NCBI RefSeq assembly: GCF_009914755.1
Contig: NC_060926.1
DNA length: 64,000 nt
Direction: 5' to 3' (one strand)
Source of the DNA: the human T2T-CHM13v2.0 reference genome, Homo sapiens
The notes below the pieces were generated by a model. That model searched no databases, was not told the DNA's origin, and saw only the letters and a list, made by a program, of their open reading frames with translations. Shown piece after piece: positions 25,768-43,030 of this stretch. The stretch's first letter is position 1. Each line of letters opens with the position of its first letter. The translations under genes and the position numbers were made by a program.

Positions 25768-28559
25768 GTGAGAATTCTGGGCTGGGCAAAGGGGAAAAGA
25801 TCATGTGTCAGTATCTGGGTAGCATTACTTTGAACCAAATTCCAGTATTTCTTGATTATGGGGGTGTCCTAATAAAGATTAGAAAAATCAGAAAATGGTC
25901 TAGCACTAATAAATAAGTTTAATCACTATAGGAAAATAAATGTGGAAGAGCTCTTGCTCTTTGACCAGCATACAGGTTAAGATATTTGAACCATGAAAGT
26001 TGGGAAAGTGAAAAAAAATGTAGTAACCTGAGTCCATGTTTCTTCTGGCATTTAGATTCTGTTAAAGTGTGGGTCCTCAGCTTCAGTGCATAAGACAGCA
26101 GACTGCTTTCAAATCCTACTTGTTCATGGCAATGTATTTCCTAATATTCTGTAGTCTCATCTTCTTTCTGTTTATGGGGTGAGGCTGGGAGAGATGTAGA
26201 TCTGTAATTTGCTTTGCAGCTCTTATAAAGTCTTGAAATTTAAATGAGATGATAAAATTCTTTTAATTTTATCAAAATGCCTCATACTATTATTTTATTC
26301 CAATTTTTCATTTTAAATTCACTATTACAAATTCAAAAATCAATCATTGACCATGACATGCTTTTCAGTAGGATTATGCAGATCAAATCAGATCCTCTGT
26401 TCTCATGCTCCCTGGACACTGAACAAAGGTAGATATGATTTTGCCACAAATGGTCCTCTGTCTCTGGTTGTCTATTTTCTTATTTTTTTCCCACATGCCA
26501 CATTAAGTAACATCCAAAAGCATCACCAGTAAATTTACAACACTAAGGAACAGCTTGCTTGCTTAATGCTGTGAGAATCGACAAGATCTAAAAAGCTAAA
26601 GCCAGAAATCTGTGATAAACTTCAATCTGATGAACACATGAGTCAACCAAACAGCCTTCAAGAACCAGATCAATCTAAAAGTTAATAGAGAATCACTTGG
26701 GTCCAAGCCATGATTTTGTAAGATACATTATCTGGTGCTATAATCCCACTTTTTAAGCATCTCCTAAAAGCAGACTTTATGTCAGAGCAAGGTTATCTAA
26801 TGTAAGGTAGCAGATGTAAGATACAATTTAAAAAAATTGTTGAATAGGAAACATACTACAGGAGAAGAGTGCAGAATGTAATAACACATTTCTTAAAAAT
26901 TATAATTTAACTGTTTTCATTTAAGTGTAGCAGCATGGTTATGAAAAAAATGGGAAAATGTAGACAGAAAGAATATGACAATGTTTAAAGCCAATAAGAG
27001 GTTTTACTTATTTATTTTTTAACCCATTGACATGCCCAGAGCAAAAAACTTGCATTGTGAAATTTTGCAAAAATTTCCACTTCCAGAGGGCAACCTACAT
27101 AAGGACTACTGTTTAAGAACAGCTTGAATTTTATAGGCAAGGAGTGGCAAAAACACTTTAATAAAGTTCACCCCTGCTGATCTTGCTGATAGTACCTCCT
27201 GCAATGCCTTACAACTTCTCTGTATGCCAAATGGCTGTAGTTTTAATCCACAATCATTACAATACTGAGCTTTTGAAATCCTGGAGACGCAGACTTTATA
27301 ACTAAGGAATACAACATAAGAATAACAATGTTCCAGTTGGGAATCCATTTATCTCTCAGATCTCCATAGAATTATGTGTAATTGGTCAGCTTGTGAAAAG
27401 AGTCCTTGTTTCTATCAGAGTATTTTTAAACAGATTTTTTTTCTGAATTGAGCATTAACTTTTGTTTCTATAAACATTTATGGTATGTATTTAAGTTACC
27501 ATGAAATTCTCAAATTTCTCCTGTTAGCAAACTGAGAAATTAAACCAGTAGAAATTCTAATTTTCCCAGTTAGGGGAAAAGTCAAAACTAGGAATAATGT
27601 GATTTGACCAAAGCAGATAGAGGGTGTACACTTCATAGTCGCGTTAATATTTCAAATTTTATCATTCATACCAGCACAGGATTTTTTCCATATATTTCAC
27701 CTAATATGAATTTATTATCCATCTCAAGTGACATGTTTCCTATTTGCACAGTCTAATTATGGATCAATTAACACTATGGAGTTTAAACACATATTGTGTA
27801 TTTTAATGCCCTATTAGAATTAGACAGATGTTACATTTCAATATGAGAAAAATATCATTAATTATCTAACACTTAAAATGGTTTTAAATGATGATGAATG
27901 ACATGTAATTCTGTGCTCTTTGATGCCTACAAATATACATAGGGAAAGCATCTTTACTTGCTTCAATATTTACAATTATTTAGCATGTAAGACTCTTGAG
28001 TACAAAATATAATTGGTAATTTTAACTAACAAATCATAGATTCACAATTTATTGGCATTTTGGAATTGTTTCTAGCTCTTATGTTGTGTTTTCTGAGGCA
28101 ATAGACAGGTTGCAGTGTTGTGGTATACTGCATGTTTTTATTTACCTAGAATTTCTCTTAGTCTAATGCTAATTTATTTTCATTCCTCATCCTGGGATCT
28201 TATACTAATCAGAGAACAAAAAACAGCCTGAACCATTCTTCCACCAGCTGCTTGAGGTGCTCTGAGCTCTCACTATAACTCTGTTTTAAGGGGTTGCAGA
28301 AGCAAATATGGACAAATTAAGAAAAAAAATACAAAAAATAATTAGATATAAAATAAACATATAAACTCAGAAATTTGCTATAAATCATGAGTGATTACAT
28401 TCTGACATATGTGAGAAAGTACTACATTTCCATAGCCAATTTTCACTGTTCAAATTATCTAATCATACACATCATAAGGGGCACGTATTTCAGAAGTAGA
28501 AGAGACAATATTTAAATAACTCGTCTTGCTGAAATATCTGTAACCATAATTTTGTGTTC

Positions 28560-28871
28560 CTTTTTTTGTTTGTTTGTTTGTTTAAACGGAGTCTCACTCT
28601 GTCTGCCAGGCTGGAGTGCAGTGGCACGAGCTGGGCTCACTGCAGGCTCCGCCTCCCAGGCTCGCACCATTCTCCTGCCTCAGCCTCCCGCAGCGTAGCT
28701 GGCACTGCAGGGGCCCGCCACCACGTCCGGCTAATTTTTTTTTTTGTATTTTTAGTAGAGACGGAGTTTCACCGTGTTAGCCAGGATGGCCTCGATCTCC
28801 TGACCTCGTGATCCTCCCACCTTGGCCTCCCAAAGTGCTGGGATTACAGGCGTGAGCTACCGCGCCCAGCC
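28560..28871 (-). mobile_element. AluY-like
   Basis: Reverse Alu, CpG-retaining, ttagccaggatgg...ctcctgacctcgtgatcc. Confidence 0.92.
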
Positions 28872-29274
28872 AATCTTGTGGTTTTTTAACTTTCCCTAAC
28901 GTTGTAATTTAAACTTAAGCTATTATTTGCCTATAATGGCTTTTATAAAATTAAAGGTAATTTGATATTTAACAAGAAGATATATGACAATACAAAAACA
29001 TATTTTATTAACTGGAAATGGATCTATCTCGTGAACAGACGTAGCCATCTATATTCTAGAGGATTTCATTTGTGATACGAAGTTGTACTATGGAACATGG
29101 GTCTCAGCTATAAAATTTTGCTCTGTTACTGAGACTCTGAAAAAAATTCAGCAAGTCTCTGACATAGGTAAAATTATGTTTAAATTAAACAATTTTTAAA
29201 AATCAACTGTCATTAATTATTTAAAGGAAAATGTGTTTCAAGTTAGAATTAATAATCATAGGTCAGTGTAAACA

Positions 29275-29480
29275 CTGGGATCCTTAATTAAACTGCAGGG
29301 ATTCTAATTCTAGCTATAGCACTTAATAGTTACGTAACCTTGGAACAACTATTTATGTTCTGTGTGATTCATCCACAAAATGAGCATAGAAAAGTATCTA
29401 CCATGTGGGGTTATTATATAATTAAACTAATTGATGTATATAAAATATTTTAAAATAGTGCTTAGTGTGTTAGTATTTAC
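29275..29480 (+). mobile_element. MIR SINE
   Basis: gcacttaatagttacgtaaccttggaacaact...aaaatagtgcttag. Confidence 0.65.
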
Positions 29481-29975
29481 ATCCTTCTTGCTGTTATTTA
29501 CTTAAATTAACTATTTTCTCACATTGCTATATAAGATGAATACCCAATTCATATTCAGTGGGCTGGCTATGAATCTAACTGCAGACAACAAATGGGAAGA
29601 GTCATTATTCAGGGTGTTACATTACCTATGATTTAATACTTAGCCAGATTCAAATATTTTTGACATCACTGTGGCCCTTGTACTCATTTAGGTTTATGAT
29701 GTGATGCTAGAAGAGAACATCTACCAAAATGCTTTACAGAAATAAAAAGTTTCAAATCATATTCCTCTTTTCCTGCATGCCGTCTAATTTACCTATGCCT
29801 CTCCTTGTCAGTAAACAATGACACTTTATTATATCTGATGGTAGACTTTATACTATACCTTTCTATTCTTTAATTGAGCCTTACGTGTTTTCTGTACCAT
29901 AGTAACCTAAAAAATGCATGAGCTAATGAATTGTTAGCTCATTTTTGTGTCCCAGACTCAACTCACACAAGGTCC

Positions 29976-30278
29976 TTTTTATTTATTTATTTATTTTTGA
30001 GACAGAGTCTCACTCTGTTGCCCAGGCTGGAGTGCAGTGGCACGATCTTAGCTCACTGCAAACTCCGCCTCCCGGGTTCAGTCATTCTCCTGCTTCAGCC
30101 TCCCAAGTAGCTGGGACTAAGGTGCCCGCCACCACCCCCGGCTAATTTTTTTGTATTTTTAGTAGAGACGGGGTTTTACCGTGTTAGCCAGGATGGTCTC
30201 CATCTCCTGACCTCGTGATCCACCTGCCTCGGCCTCCCAAAGTGCTGGGATTACAGGCGTGAGCCACTGCGCCCGGCC
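29976..30278 (-). mobile_element. AluY
   Basis: Reverse Alu with (ttta)n tail; TSD cacaaggtcc at 29966-29975 and 30279-30288. Confidence 0.95.
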
Positions 30279-30548
30279 CACAAGGTCCCTTCTACTACAG
30301 ATCCTACATTATAGTATATTTACTATAATCTATTTTATTTATGTATTTTATATTTAAAACATAACATATTTTACTTTATATTTAAACATATACAATTTAT
30401 TTCAAGAAATATTTCATTGTGTAAGAATTAATATTAATAATATTTATGTTATTTTTGAGGGACTATCAAAACTATTAAAAAGATTACCTTATATAAAACA
30501 CTCAGGGTTGTCCAAGCACATTATCCCAGAGGAAAGTCTAAAAGAACA

Positions 30549-31332
30549 ATTATTTTTTGATTTTTTGATTTTAGCTATCTTGCAGGAGTAAACTTTATGC
30601 CTGCAAGATAGCTATAAAAAAAAGATAAAAAAAAATAGATGTTGGCATGGATGTGGTGAAAAATGAACACTTCTACACTGCTGGTAGGAATGTAAACTAG
30701 CAAAACCACTGTGGAAAATAGTGTGGAGATCCCTTAAAGAACTAAAAGTAGAACTACCATTTGATGCAGCAATCCTACTACTGAGTAACTACCCAGAGGA
30801 AAAGACGCTATTATACAAAAGAGATACTTGTACACACGTTGATAGGAGCACAATTCGCGATTGCAAAAATACGGAACCAGCCCAAATGCCCATCAATCAA
30901 TGAGTGCATAAAGAAATTGCGATATATATATAGATATATGTTTAAATATACATATGAAGGAATAGTACTCAGCCATAAAAAGGTAGGAACTAATGGTATT
31001 TGCAGCAACCTGGTTGGAACTGGAGACTACTATTCTACGTGAAGTAACTCTGAAACGGCAAAGTAAACATCACATGTTCTCATTCATAAGTAGGAGCTAA
31101 GCTATTAGGATGCAAAGGCATAAGAATGATAAAATGAACTTTGGGGTTTAGGGAGAAAGGGTGGGAGTGGGGTAGAGGATGAAAGAATACAAATTAGGTT
31201 CAGTGTATACTGTTTGGGCATTAGGTGAACCAAAATCTCACAAATCACAACTAAAGAACTTACTCATGTGACCAGATACCACCTGTTCCCCAAAAACCTA
31301 TGGAAATAAAAAAGTAAAAATAAATAAATAAA
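30549..31332 (+). mobile_element. 5'-truncated L1PB1-like 3' end with short inverted 5' segment
   Basis: L1PB 3'UTR (gcaaaggcataagaatgata...ccccaaaaacctatggaaataaaa); 30549-30591 is L1 sequence in reverse orientation. Confidence 0.88.
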
Positions 31333-32519
31333 TTTTCTTGCAACTTTAGCAATAATCATCATAATTTTAATAAATAATTTAATTGTAGGTATATTATTGA
31401 TAAAGAAAAGGGTCTGTATTCTAAAAATTATAATTTAGTAAATGGATTGAAATGAGCTTTGTTTGGCTCAAAACAACATTACATATAATCACATGAAAAT
31501 TACAAGCTTTAAAGAAGTTTAGTATGCTCTCTTTGTGGCCAGCATTTCTTGGTTTGCTTTGCCTTGCTTCTCTGTTTCTGTTTAATGAGGAAGCAAGTGG
31601 CCACGTGTACTCTTGAGATCTGTTCTCCATTGGTCTGGGACCCAAAGTTGGAGAACTATTGACTTAGAGATGAGAATTTCATTAGAAGACAAGCACGTAA
31701 GGAATAAAGCAAATTAGGCCTCTCTTGAAACACAGCCTTATTTGTTCTATGAACGACAAACTCCAGTGGCATCAGAATCTCTCTCGTCTTCCTCTTTTGT
31801 TGCCTGTTTCTGGAATGCCTTTATATAGGGTAAAATGCAAACTTCTCTGAAATTCGAGGTTAATGTAGACATAAAGGTCACAAAATCTCTATGACACTAG
31901 ACTTATTATTGCTTCAAAAATTAGTCAAAACTATTTTTTATGTAATAATAGAAGAAAAAAATAAGAATTTTAATTGTGGGGACATTAAAGAAAACATCTG
32001 AGACCTTGGTTTAGATTAGCAGAAGCCCACATTTCATAAGCAAAAATACTGATAATCAAACTTCATATGGAGTCTCTTGTGTGTTTGGTCCTTAATTCTT
32101 GGTATTTATCTAATACCTTCCTATATAATAGAGGGACTAAAAGCCTGAAGACTTTCATAAGTATGCAAGCAAGCCAGTCTACAGCAACAATATAAGTATA
32201 CCTCAGGTCTTCTAGCATCTCAAAACTCTATAGGCAACAGTGGGAGAGGCATGAAAATTAACGAAATGAATAGAACACATTTTACCTAGGGTTTATTATA
32301 ACCAGAATGCAGCAGTCCAAACTTTTTATAACCTACAGTGCTCAAGATTGAGAATAAAAATAGATGGAGACAGAAAATATTGAGTTAGCTGGTTATTTTA
32401 TGAAAACTCAAATCAAGGAGGGTACTCAGTGTGAAAGCAGTCATTAACAAAATCATGTTGAGGCAGTGGGTTGGGAGGAATAACAAAACAATTCATAGAT
32501 TAGTAACTGAGCATGTCCT

Positions 32520-32730
32520 GCTGAGTATGTGAGTTTTAATCCTGGTTTTGCCACCTGCTAGTTGGATGCCCCAGGGAAACATATTTCACACCGCTGTGCT
32601 TCATTTTTTTCATCTATATAATGGGGATGATAATAATAGTGCCTTCTTTAGGGTCATTTGAAGATCAAATTAAGATCTGTGAAGTACTAGTATATTGGGA
32701 CCTTGTGGGCACCCGAGAGGTTCACTGTTA
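32520..32730 (+). mobile_element. MIR SINE
   Basis: aatcctggttttgccacctgctag...catctatataatggggatgataataatagtgcc. Confidence 0.75.
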
Positions 32731-33503
32731 TTAACAGGCAAGGAAACAAATAAGACTAGCTAATGAAAAAAAGAATTGACATGGAAAACCCAGGCAAAAC
32801 TTAAGTAACAATCAACATGATCAAAGCATAGCCATTGTTTTTCTTCCATTAATAATCATCTTTAAAATAATAGATTGAGGATAATTTTTAAAAAAGTTAC
32901 CTGTGGTAGAAAATAGTGAGGTTTTTGTCAATGAAGAAGTTTAGTTCAATTTTATGGTATGTACACATCAGAGTTTCTGGAATCTTTATCACATATTTCA
33001 AGGTTTCTCAAAATTTAGAATTTATAAATATACCTTTTATCTCCTGCATCCCTTGTCCTCCTGTATTTCCTTTTCATTTCTAAGTTTACTTTTTGATTTT
33101 TAACACATGTTAATCTCCAAATTATCTCAACATCTAACACTAAAAAAATTGTTTTCTGAAAATTGCCTTCCAGTTGTTTTTGGTATTTTTTAATTATTGC
33201 CTAGGTGCTAGTTTTATTTTGGACAGACATAGTTAATATACAAGGTTAACTCTAGGTTATGAGATAGCCCACTCAAAAAGTCTCAAGTAGGTGGGACCTG
33301 TTGGATTATGATTTTGGATTTTTTTTTTTTTTTTGCAGAAGTTCTATTTGCATCAACATTCATTAGTTTTCACACAGTATTCCAAATTCCCTGGAACAAT
33401 TTTTGATATAATTTTTTCCTATTTTCTTTTATAATTTCACATTATGATCTGCATCATTAAAACCAAGTATAAATAAAGCAACTGTTCTGAACAAAGCAGA
33501 CAA

Positions 33504-33526
33504 AGGAAGTGGTTGCCTAGCAACAG
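33504..33526. promoter_or_regulatory. Adjacent ETS core (AGGAAGTG) and RFX X-box (GTTGCCTAGCAAC)
   Basis: Direct motif match in non-repeat DNA. No CpG island; activity not shown. Confidence 0.55.
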
Positions 33527-35677
33527 AAATCACAGAACAGATCCTGAACTCCTACTCAGATGGAGCCTTCATACCCCAGCTTGATGGTGAAAGCATTTCT
33601 GAGTATCTATTCTCTTACTGTGCATGTCCCTTACACTGGAAAAATAAGCTTTTGATCCTGCTATTAAATGGAATTGGAAATTAATAGGCTTCAGTAGAGT
33701 TTGTAGTATTTCTTTAACGTTCATGAATTATTATGTTGAAGATGATGAATGTTACACGCCTGATATGCTCACGCTTTTGTTTCAGAGCTGAGTGACTATG
33801 TACCTGAGAATTATTCTGAATGCTCATGGGGTGACCATATGGGCTGAGCTGGAGATTAAAATGCATCTGAATCTGTGTGTGAACAAATCCAAAGCAAGCA
33901 CTGGGACATCCTAGAAACCAAGTCAGCTTGATTCTCTCATATTGGGAATGCTGTTGTATACAGCTCTGGAATTGCATATCAGGGTTTGTGAACCCATGCA
34001 AATTACAACTAATTTATATTTTAATTCATATCATAATTCCCTGTGTTTGAGCATAGGAATCTTCAAAAATTAAAAAAAATACAAATAGATTTCGTTCTCT
34101 TGCCTTGTGTGTGTTTTTAAAAATTATCTCTGAAATTAGTAGAAAGACCAGTATATTTCACAATTATTTTTTATTATTTTGAGGCTATAAGTTAAGCTTT
34201 TTATTTCTTTGTGGATGTCAGATGCACAGAATTGGGTCATTCTTCATTTATTTTCTTGTTTAATATTATCCTTCATCCTTGCAAGGCCTCCTGGATTTTA
34301 GATATTTACTTAGCAGTATATTTTTAGTATCTCCTTTCTATCTGGTTATCTTTCACAGATAAGTTAAGCCTTGTCATTGATGCCAAATCTATGAGCCAAC
34401 TCATACATAGATTCTGAGAAGTCAGGTTGAAAGCCCTCCTGAGAGGAAAAACTAAACTTGATTCCAACAATAAGTACCAATGTGAGTGGAATATAATGGA
34501 AAGATGTTGTAAAAGCAGCATAAAGTGTCATTTGCAAGAGAAGAGCATGTAACACCACAGGCAAAAGAGAGAGACAATAGAACAGGAACCAGCTTTCCTG
34601 TGGGATATGAAGAAAGTACAAAGTGAAATGAGGTAAGTGGTTGAGGGTCTAGACCATGAACCCTAAACCAATCATCTCAGGAGACAGTGGATAATTGTTA
34701 GTGGGGACTGTCTATGTGGGTATAGGGGGCAAGTTGGTGGCTGAGAATAATATGTTCTGAACCTTCTAAGGCAATGTTTTGAATACATAGTAGAGAAGTA
34801 AATAATAAAAGTTCTTGCTCTCCAGAGTTCACACTAAAATAGAGGAAGATGAGCACATAAATAAATGATTCTAAATTATGGCAAGTACAAGAACAGAGAT
34901 TCACATGGCATGTTTCAAAGTGAAAGGGAGTGGGGACAAACAACTATACAGAGGGGAGGTATGGTCAGACTAGGCTTTCCTTTGCGAGCTAGCATGTCCT
35001 ATCTGTTCTCAAAGAGTTACACTCATCATGTAGTAAGAGATTTTCAGGCACATCTCCATGGAGATTCAATCTCCACTACACTGTGGAGTCTACAGTCATA
35101 ACTTGGAGATATTGCAGGTTTGGTTGCAGATCGCTGCAATAAAGAAAATACTGCAATGAAGTGAGTTGCACATATTTTTTGGTTTCCCAGTAGTTACATA
35201 AATTATGTTTATACTACACTATAGGTAACTGTGTAATAACAGTATGTCTAAAAAACACAACATCCATACCTTCATTAAAAATACTTTACTGCTAAAGATA
35301 ATGTTATCATCTGTGCCTTTAGCACATTTTTATCTTTTTCCTTGTGGAGTCTTGCCTTAACTTTGATGGCTTTTGACCAATTAGACTGGGGGTTGCTGAA
35401 GGTTGGGGTGGCTGTAGAAATGTGGCTGTGGACATTTTTAAAATAAGACCACAATGAAGCTTGCTGCATAGATGAACTCTTCCTTTCATGAAAGATTTCT
35501 CTGTAGTCTGTGATGCTGTTTCATAGCATTTTACCCACAGTAGAATTTCTTTTGAAAGTGGATTAAATCCTCTCAAACCTGGATGCTGCTTTATCAACTA
35601 AGTTTATGTAATATTTTAAATAAATATTTTCTTCTCATCTCAACAACGTTCACAGCATCTTCACCAGGACTACTTTC

Positions 35678-39576
<3,899 letters not shown>

Positions 39577-39939
39577 CAGCAGGACTACTTTCAAGAAACC
39601 ACTTTATTTGTTCATCCATAAGAAGCAATTCCTCATCTGTACAAATTTTATCATGAGATTGCAGCAATTCAGTCACATCTTCAGGCTCCACTTCTATTTC
39701 TCTTGCAGTTTCTATCATATCTGCAGTTACTTCGTCTACTGAAGTCTCAAACCCCTCAAAGTTATTCATGAGTGTTGGAATCAGCTTCTTCCAGTCTCCT
39801 GTATATGTTGATATTTGGACCTCCCATGAATTACATTTGTAATGACATCTATAATGGTGAATATTTTCCAGGAAGTTTTCAATTTATTTGCCCAGATCCA
39901 TTGGAGAAATCACAATATATGGCAGCTATAGCCTTATAA

Positions 39940-40260
<321 letters not shown>

Positions 40261-41562
40261 TAAATAACAATACTCAAAAGTTGAAATTGTTCATTGATCC
40301 ATGGGCTGCAGAATGGTTACGTTTGTAGGCATAAAATAAACATTAATTTCTTTGTACATTTCCATCAGAGCTCTTGAGTAATCAGATGCATTGGCAATGA
40401 GCTGTAATATTTTGAGAGGAATTTTTTTTCCTTAGCAGTAGGTCTTAATATTGGGCTTAAAATATTTATTAAATAGTGCTGTAAACAGATTTACTGTTAT
40501 GCTGTAAACAGATGTGCTGTGATCCATGCTTCGTTGTTCCATTTATAGAGCACAAGGAGAGTAGATTCAGCACAATTCTTAAGGACCCTATGATTTTCAG
40601 AATGCTGAATGAGCTCCACATGGTAAATGAATTTAAAGTCCAAAAGGTGAATGAGATCCAAATAGTAAAGGAGATTAAAGTCACCAGTGGCCCCTAACAA
40701 AAGCCAGTGTCCTTTGAAACTGCAAAGCCAGGCATAGATTTCTCTTTCTAGCTATGAAAGTTTTAGATGGCATCTTTCTCCAATATAACATTGCTTTGCC
40801 TATATTGAAAATATGCTGTTTAGTGTAGCAACCTTCAATTATTTTAGCTTGATCTTCTAGATAACTTGTGGCTTCACCTTGAATTTTCATGTTATGGTGA
40901 AAGCTTCTTTCCTTAAACCTAATGAAACTAATGAATCAACATCCGTTGGCTTCAATATTTTCTTCTGCAGCCTCCTCACCCCTCTCGGCCTTCACAGAAC
41001 TGAAGAGAGTTAGGTCCTTGTTTTAAATAGGTTTTGACTTAAGAGAATGTTATAGCCGATTTGATCTATCCAGACTCCTAACACAAGCCTGTTTTGCTTT
41101 TTTATAATTTTTTGTGTTCCCTGGAGTAGCAATTTTAATTTCCTTCAATAACGTTTCTTCTGCATTCACAACTTGGCTAACTGTATACTGCAATAGGCCT
41201 AACTTTCAGCCTATCTTGGCTTTTGACACGCCTTCCTCACTAAGCCTAATCTTTTCTATCTTTTGGTTTAAAGTGAGAGATGAGAGACTCTTCCTTTCAT
41301 TTGAACACTTGGAGGCCATTGTAGGTTTATTAATTGGCTTAATTTCAAAATTACTATGTCTCAGAAAATAGGGAAGCTGGAGGACAGGGAGACAGATGAG
41401 GGAATAGCCAGACGGTGGAGCAATCAGAACACATACAACATTTATCAATCAAGTTAGCTGTCCTACGTGGGTGGGGTTCTTGATGCCCCAAAACAATTAC
41501 TACAGGAACATTAAAGATTACTAATCACAGATGACCATAACAGGTATACTAATATCAACAAA

Positions 41563-41853
41563 GTCCAGGCACGTTGGCTCACACCTGTAATCCCAATACT
41601 TTGGGAGGCTGAGGCATATGGATCACTTGAGGTCAACAGTTCAAGATCAGCCTGGCCAACATGGTGAAACCCCATCACTACTAAAAATAAAAAAGTTAAC
41701 TGGGTGTGGTGGCATGCACCTGTAGCCCCAGCTACTCGGTAGGCTGAAGTGGGAGAATTGCTTGAACCCAGGAAGAGAGGTTGCAGTGAGCCGAGATAGC
41801 ACCACTGGACTCCAGCCTGGGAGGGAGAGTGAGACTCTGTCCCAATAATAATA
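41563..41853 (+). mobile_element. Alu (S/J) inside Tigger1
   Basis: Forward Alu with (aat)n tail. Confidence 0.92.
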
Positions 41854-42824
41854 ATCATAATGAAAAAGTTTGAAATATTGTGAGAGTTACCAAAATGTAA
41901 CACAGAGACACAAAATGAGCACATGCTATTGGAAAAATGGTGTGAATAGATTTGCTTGAAGCAGGGCTGCCACAAAATGTCAATCTGTAGAAAACACCGT
42001 ATCAGTGAAAATCAACAAAGCAAAGCTCAATGAAACAAAGTCTACCTGTACTTCCCAAAGATATGACTTCCCAGATTTCCTGGAATTCTGTCAGCAACTA
42101 TCAGTTTTGTACCTTTTCTCACCTGCTCAAATCAGAACTAGCTTAGAGCTTCCCCTTTCAGAGCCGTTGCTCTGAAACATAAATGTTTCATATCTCTTCT
42201 TAACATAAAACATATCTCTCTTTAACATAAATGCATATATTCTTTTCCAAAGCTGTCTTTCATTTTAGTAAAGTTGGTTCCTTGTCTAAAGATCAGGAGT
42301 AACTGCATAAAAGTAACACAGCATGTGAACAGTTTAGAGGCACTCAAATAAGTGTTCTCTTTAGTTCTGTGATTGTTTTCAGTTTCAAAATTGCTGTGAA
42401 ATGAAAACATACATTTAACTAGACAGAAAACCCTACTGGAATTGGCCACAGTGCTAATTATTTATATCCCTCTCAGTTCTTTAATTTGTTGTGGTGAAAT
42501 GAATGTGATCAGCATAGGGATTCGTGGTAGGTAGGTGGCTCTGCAGATAGACTGAAGCTATGTCTGTATAAGTCAAAGCCTTTACAGATTTCACTCATCC
42601 TGCTTCTACTGCCACCTTCTATGTTGCTTAGGAATTCAGAGTTTCTTTGGATTGAACATTAGGACATTTTCATATTCATAATTGTCTCTTCTTTCTGTAT
42701 GGTATATAACATTAGAAGGGTTATAGGCTACCTGGGTAGGATGGAAGTTAATACTCAGTTCACTCATCCCAGAAATTATTCAGACGGCCGTGAAGCAATA
42801 TTCTTCCTTGAAGGGTAGCAGAGT

Positions 42825-43030
42825 GAGAAGAAAGAGCCCAGGAAATTGAAGACTTAGAATTGACATTTTGGCTCCACCATTTACTTACCATATGGCTTTG
42901 TTTCATAGTTGAAAGGAAAGGAACTTAATTTTCTTTGGTGCAAAATTAGAATAATGCCTAGCTGTCAGTGTTGGTGTCAGAATTAATTAAGATAAACAGA
43001 AGGGCCCAGTATATAGATAGTCCTTAACAA
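42825..43030 (+). mobile_element. MIR SINE
   Basis: ttggctccaccatttacttaccatatggctttg...aaaattagaataatgccta. Confidence 0.6.
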
